From Octopus sinensis (taxonomy: Eukaryota), in the NCBI RefSeq assembly GCF_006345805.1, contig NC_043001.1:50964001-51028000 (forward strand): DNA of 64,000 nucleotides, read 5' to 3'. Positions 1 to 64,000 of this stretch are shown here, in pieces (position 1 is the stretch's first letter; each line of letters opens with the position of its first letter). The notes beneath the pieces are model-generated. The model did no database searches. It worked only from the letters and a program-made list of their open reading frames with translations, and had not been told where the DNA came from. The position numbers and the translations under genes were made by a program.

Positions 1-300
1 ACAAAAGCCCTTTTTAGAGTTAGTTACTTTGAATTGTTATTATCTCATACCTGGTTAGTCTGTTATTACATAACATGCTTCACGATTTTAGTATAACCTT
101 ATTAGTATTTCCTCCTATGATCTATATACACTGGGAACACATTAAAGCCCTTTTCAGGCTACTTTATTTGAATTCTTACTATTGGGTAACTAATTCCATG
201 ATATTACATAACTGACTTCACAATTTGGGTATTCATAACTCGTTTTATCTATAAATTCCTGAGTAGCAAAAAAGTTTAGAAAATTTCTTTGCTACCATTT

Positions 301-375
<75 letters not shown>

Positions 376-397
376 TTATGTGTGTGTGTGTGTGTGT

Positions 398-515
398 GCT
401 TATGGCCATATCACGTTGAATGCATCAGTTCTCATTCGGTCACCGAAGTTAAGCAACATTGAGCCTAATGAGTACTTAGATGGGTGATTGCTTGGAAAAC
501 CTAGGTGCTGTAAGT
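398..515 (+). pseudogene. Full-length diverged 5S rRNA copy (pseudogene or 5S-derived SINE head)
   Basis: gcttatggccatatcacgttgaatgca...accgaagttaagcaac...gagtacttagatgggtga...ggtgctgtaagt follows eukaryotic 5S rRNA end to end. It shows many CpG-type transitions and has no oligo-T terminator downstream. Confidence 0.85.
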
Positions 516-527
516 GTCTCAGACTTT

Positions 528-910
528 GTGCAGGAGTGGCTGTGTAGTAAGTAGCTTGCCTACCAACCATATGGTTCCGGGTTCAGTCCCACTGCATGGC
601 ACCTTGGGTAAGTGTCTTCTACTTTAGCCTCAGGCCAACCAAAGCCTTGTGAGTGGATTTGGTAGGCAGAAACTGAAAGAAACCTGTTATATATGTATAT
701 ATATATATATGTGTGTGTGTGTGTATATATGCTTATGTGTCTGTGTTTTTCTCCCAACATTGCTTGATGACAGATGTTGATGTTTGGCAAAAGAGACCAA
801 TAAAATAAGCACTAGGCTTACAAAGAATAAGTACTGAGGTTGATTTGCTCAACTAAAGGCGGTACTCCAGCATGGCCACAGTCAAATGACTGTAACAAGT
901 AAAAGAGTAA

Positions 911-912
<2 letters not shown>
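528..912 (+). mobile_element. tRNA-derived SINE, family A (caggagtggctgtgtggtaag...ccttgggcaagtgtc...gactgaaacaagtaaaag)
   Basis: A/B-box-like head, internal (TA)n/(TG)n, recurring 3-prime tail. Related copies at about 2320-2735, 18495-18820, 21745-22200, 23625-24010(-), 24732-25365, 30840-31130, 35650-35825(-), 54355-54570, 56958-57525 and 57634-57973. Confidence 0.85.
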
Positions 913-952
<40 letters not shown>

Positions 953-1018
953 ATATACATATCAGAAATACATATCTACAATCTGTATGTTTAATATTTG
1001 CCATGATTTTCTTTGTAG

Positions 1019-62589
<61,571 letters not shown>

Positions 62590-63937
62590 GTAAGTTCAAG
62601 TGATAAAACCAGATATGGAAATACCTAGGTATATATGTTTGTAATCCTTATGTCTTGGATATGAGCCAATAAAATACTCAAAGCTGGAGATAAATCTGAG
62701 AGATGAATTCTGTGTTTGAAAAGTATAATTATTGTATTTGCTAGCATACAAGATGTAATCTCACATTAGGCATATCCCTTTTTTTACAAGTATAACGGAA
62801 TTTTGCAACATTATTTTAGTCACTTAGTTTTACATGAGAGGGGGAGAGAAAGAGAGCTAATATTCAGCAGTTCGACTTGGTAGAGATAACTACACATCCT
62901 TCAAAATTCATCCTAAATTTAAGTCAAAAAGAACTCTTTTGATGATGTAGGTTTAATCCTTTAGCATTCAGATTTCTTTGTCAAATATAATGCTTATTTA
63001 TTTACATTGTTTCGAATTAATCATGCATTATCTCATAGCTTTGAGATTTCAATGATGTGATTGTGTATTATTATTAGAATGACATTGCAGAGTAGGTGAG
63101 AGAGGTTGGATATGGTTAGTTTTAACACAAAACAGGTTGAATATTCAGGCTGGATATGGCTGGATTAAATGCTAGAGGGTTAAACACAGTTATGCCTGAA
63201 CAAAAGATAGGGTGGTATATGCATTTGAAACTTCTTTCATTACAGATCAGTGTAACCAATGTTAGCCTGCACTTAAACAACAACAGCAACAACAAATAAA
63301 AGTGAAACACATATGTTTATACAGTAAGCCAGAAATTCAGATAGAAGATGCCTAAACTCCAGTGTTTGTGTTGGATCAGTTGTCTTATTGATTATACTCT
63401 CTCTAACTCTACTGTAGTCATACTGCCCTAAAATCTGGTGGGTTGAAAAACATGTATGCATTTTAAAAATAGCATTCATATTATTGTAGGAGATTTAGTA
63501 GTTGTACTGAGCTGGTCAGTCAGCTTTGTAAAGGATAATTGAATTGCAAAATACTGTGTTTTTTTAAGGAAACAGTTATGAGGAATTTAATGTCATAGTT
63601 GATGATGATGATGATGGTAAAAATTATGTTTACAATAATGGTGTTGATAATAATTTGAACTCACAATGTAAAGAGCCAGAAGAAATATCACTAAGCATTT
63701 TGTTTGGCATGGTAACAGTTCTGCCAGCTCACCACCTTAATAATGATAATAATCATCTTTCTACTATAGGCACAAGGCCTGAAATTTGGGAGAAGGGTAT
63801 TGTTGATTATGTCGACCCCAGTATTCAGTTAGTACATATTTTATTGACCTCAAGAAGATGAAAGGCAAAGGAATTTGAATTCAGAACAAAGATGGATGAA
63901 ATACCACTAAGCCTAACAATTATGCCAGTCCACTGCC

Positions 63938-63939
<2 letters not shown>

Positions 63940-64000
<61 letters not shown>
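63940..64000. repeat. (TAA)n microsatellite, representative of dozens of (TA)n, (TG)n, (TATG)n, (ATC)n and (TAA)n tracts in the window
   Basis: Directly visible. Confidence 0.95.

Overview
Eukaryotic, very AT-rich genomic DNA dense in microsatellites and SINEs. The repeat families look like those of a coleoid cephalopod, most likely Octopus; this is an inference from repeat content. The whole window lies inside one large + strand gene whose start and stop codons are both outside it. I reconstructed 20 coding exons by hand (1019-62589, 3668 nt, about 1222 codons). All junctions are GT-AG and the reading frame is consistent throughout. Domain order is C-type lectin, LDLa, CUB, PAN/Apple, CUB, CUB, seven Sushi/CCP, two HYR, then a Sushi-like module, which resembles the uninflatable (uif)/SVEP1-like giant extracellular proteins. 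The introns contain Tc1 (long IR/DR), mariner, DD37D, piggyBac-like, hAT-like and Tc2-like DNA elements. They also contain RTE, R4/Dong and Penelope relics, three tRNA-SINE families and a 5S rRNA pseudogene. Two layers stand out beyond the standard annotation. First, there are seven hammerhead-ribozyme-like motifs, including one in a tRNA-headed element present as an inverted pair and two sense-strand copies with intact catalytic cores. Second, there is a series of long fold-back palindromes that would form dsRNA in the pre-mRNA. No prokaryotic features or CRISPR arrays were found. Coordinates were counted by hand; repeat boundaries may be off by a few bases.
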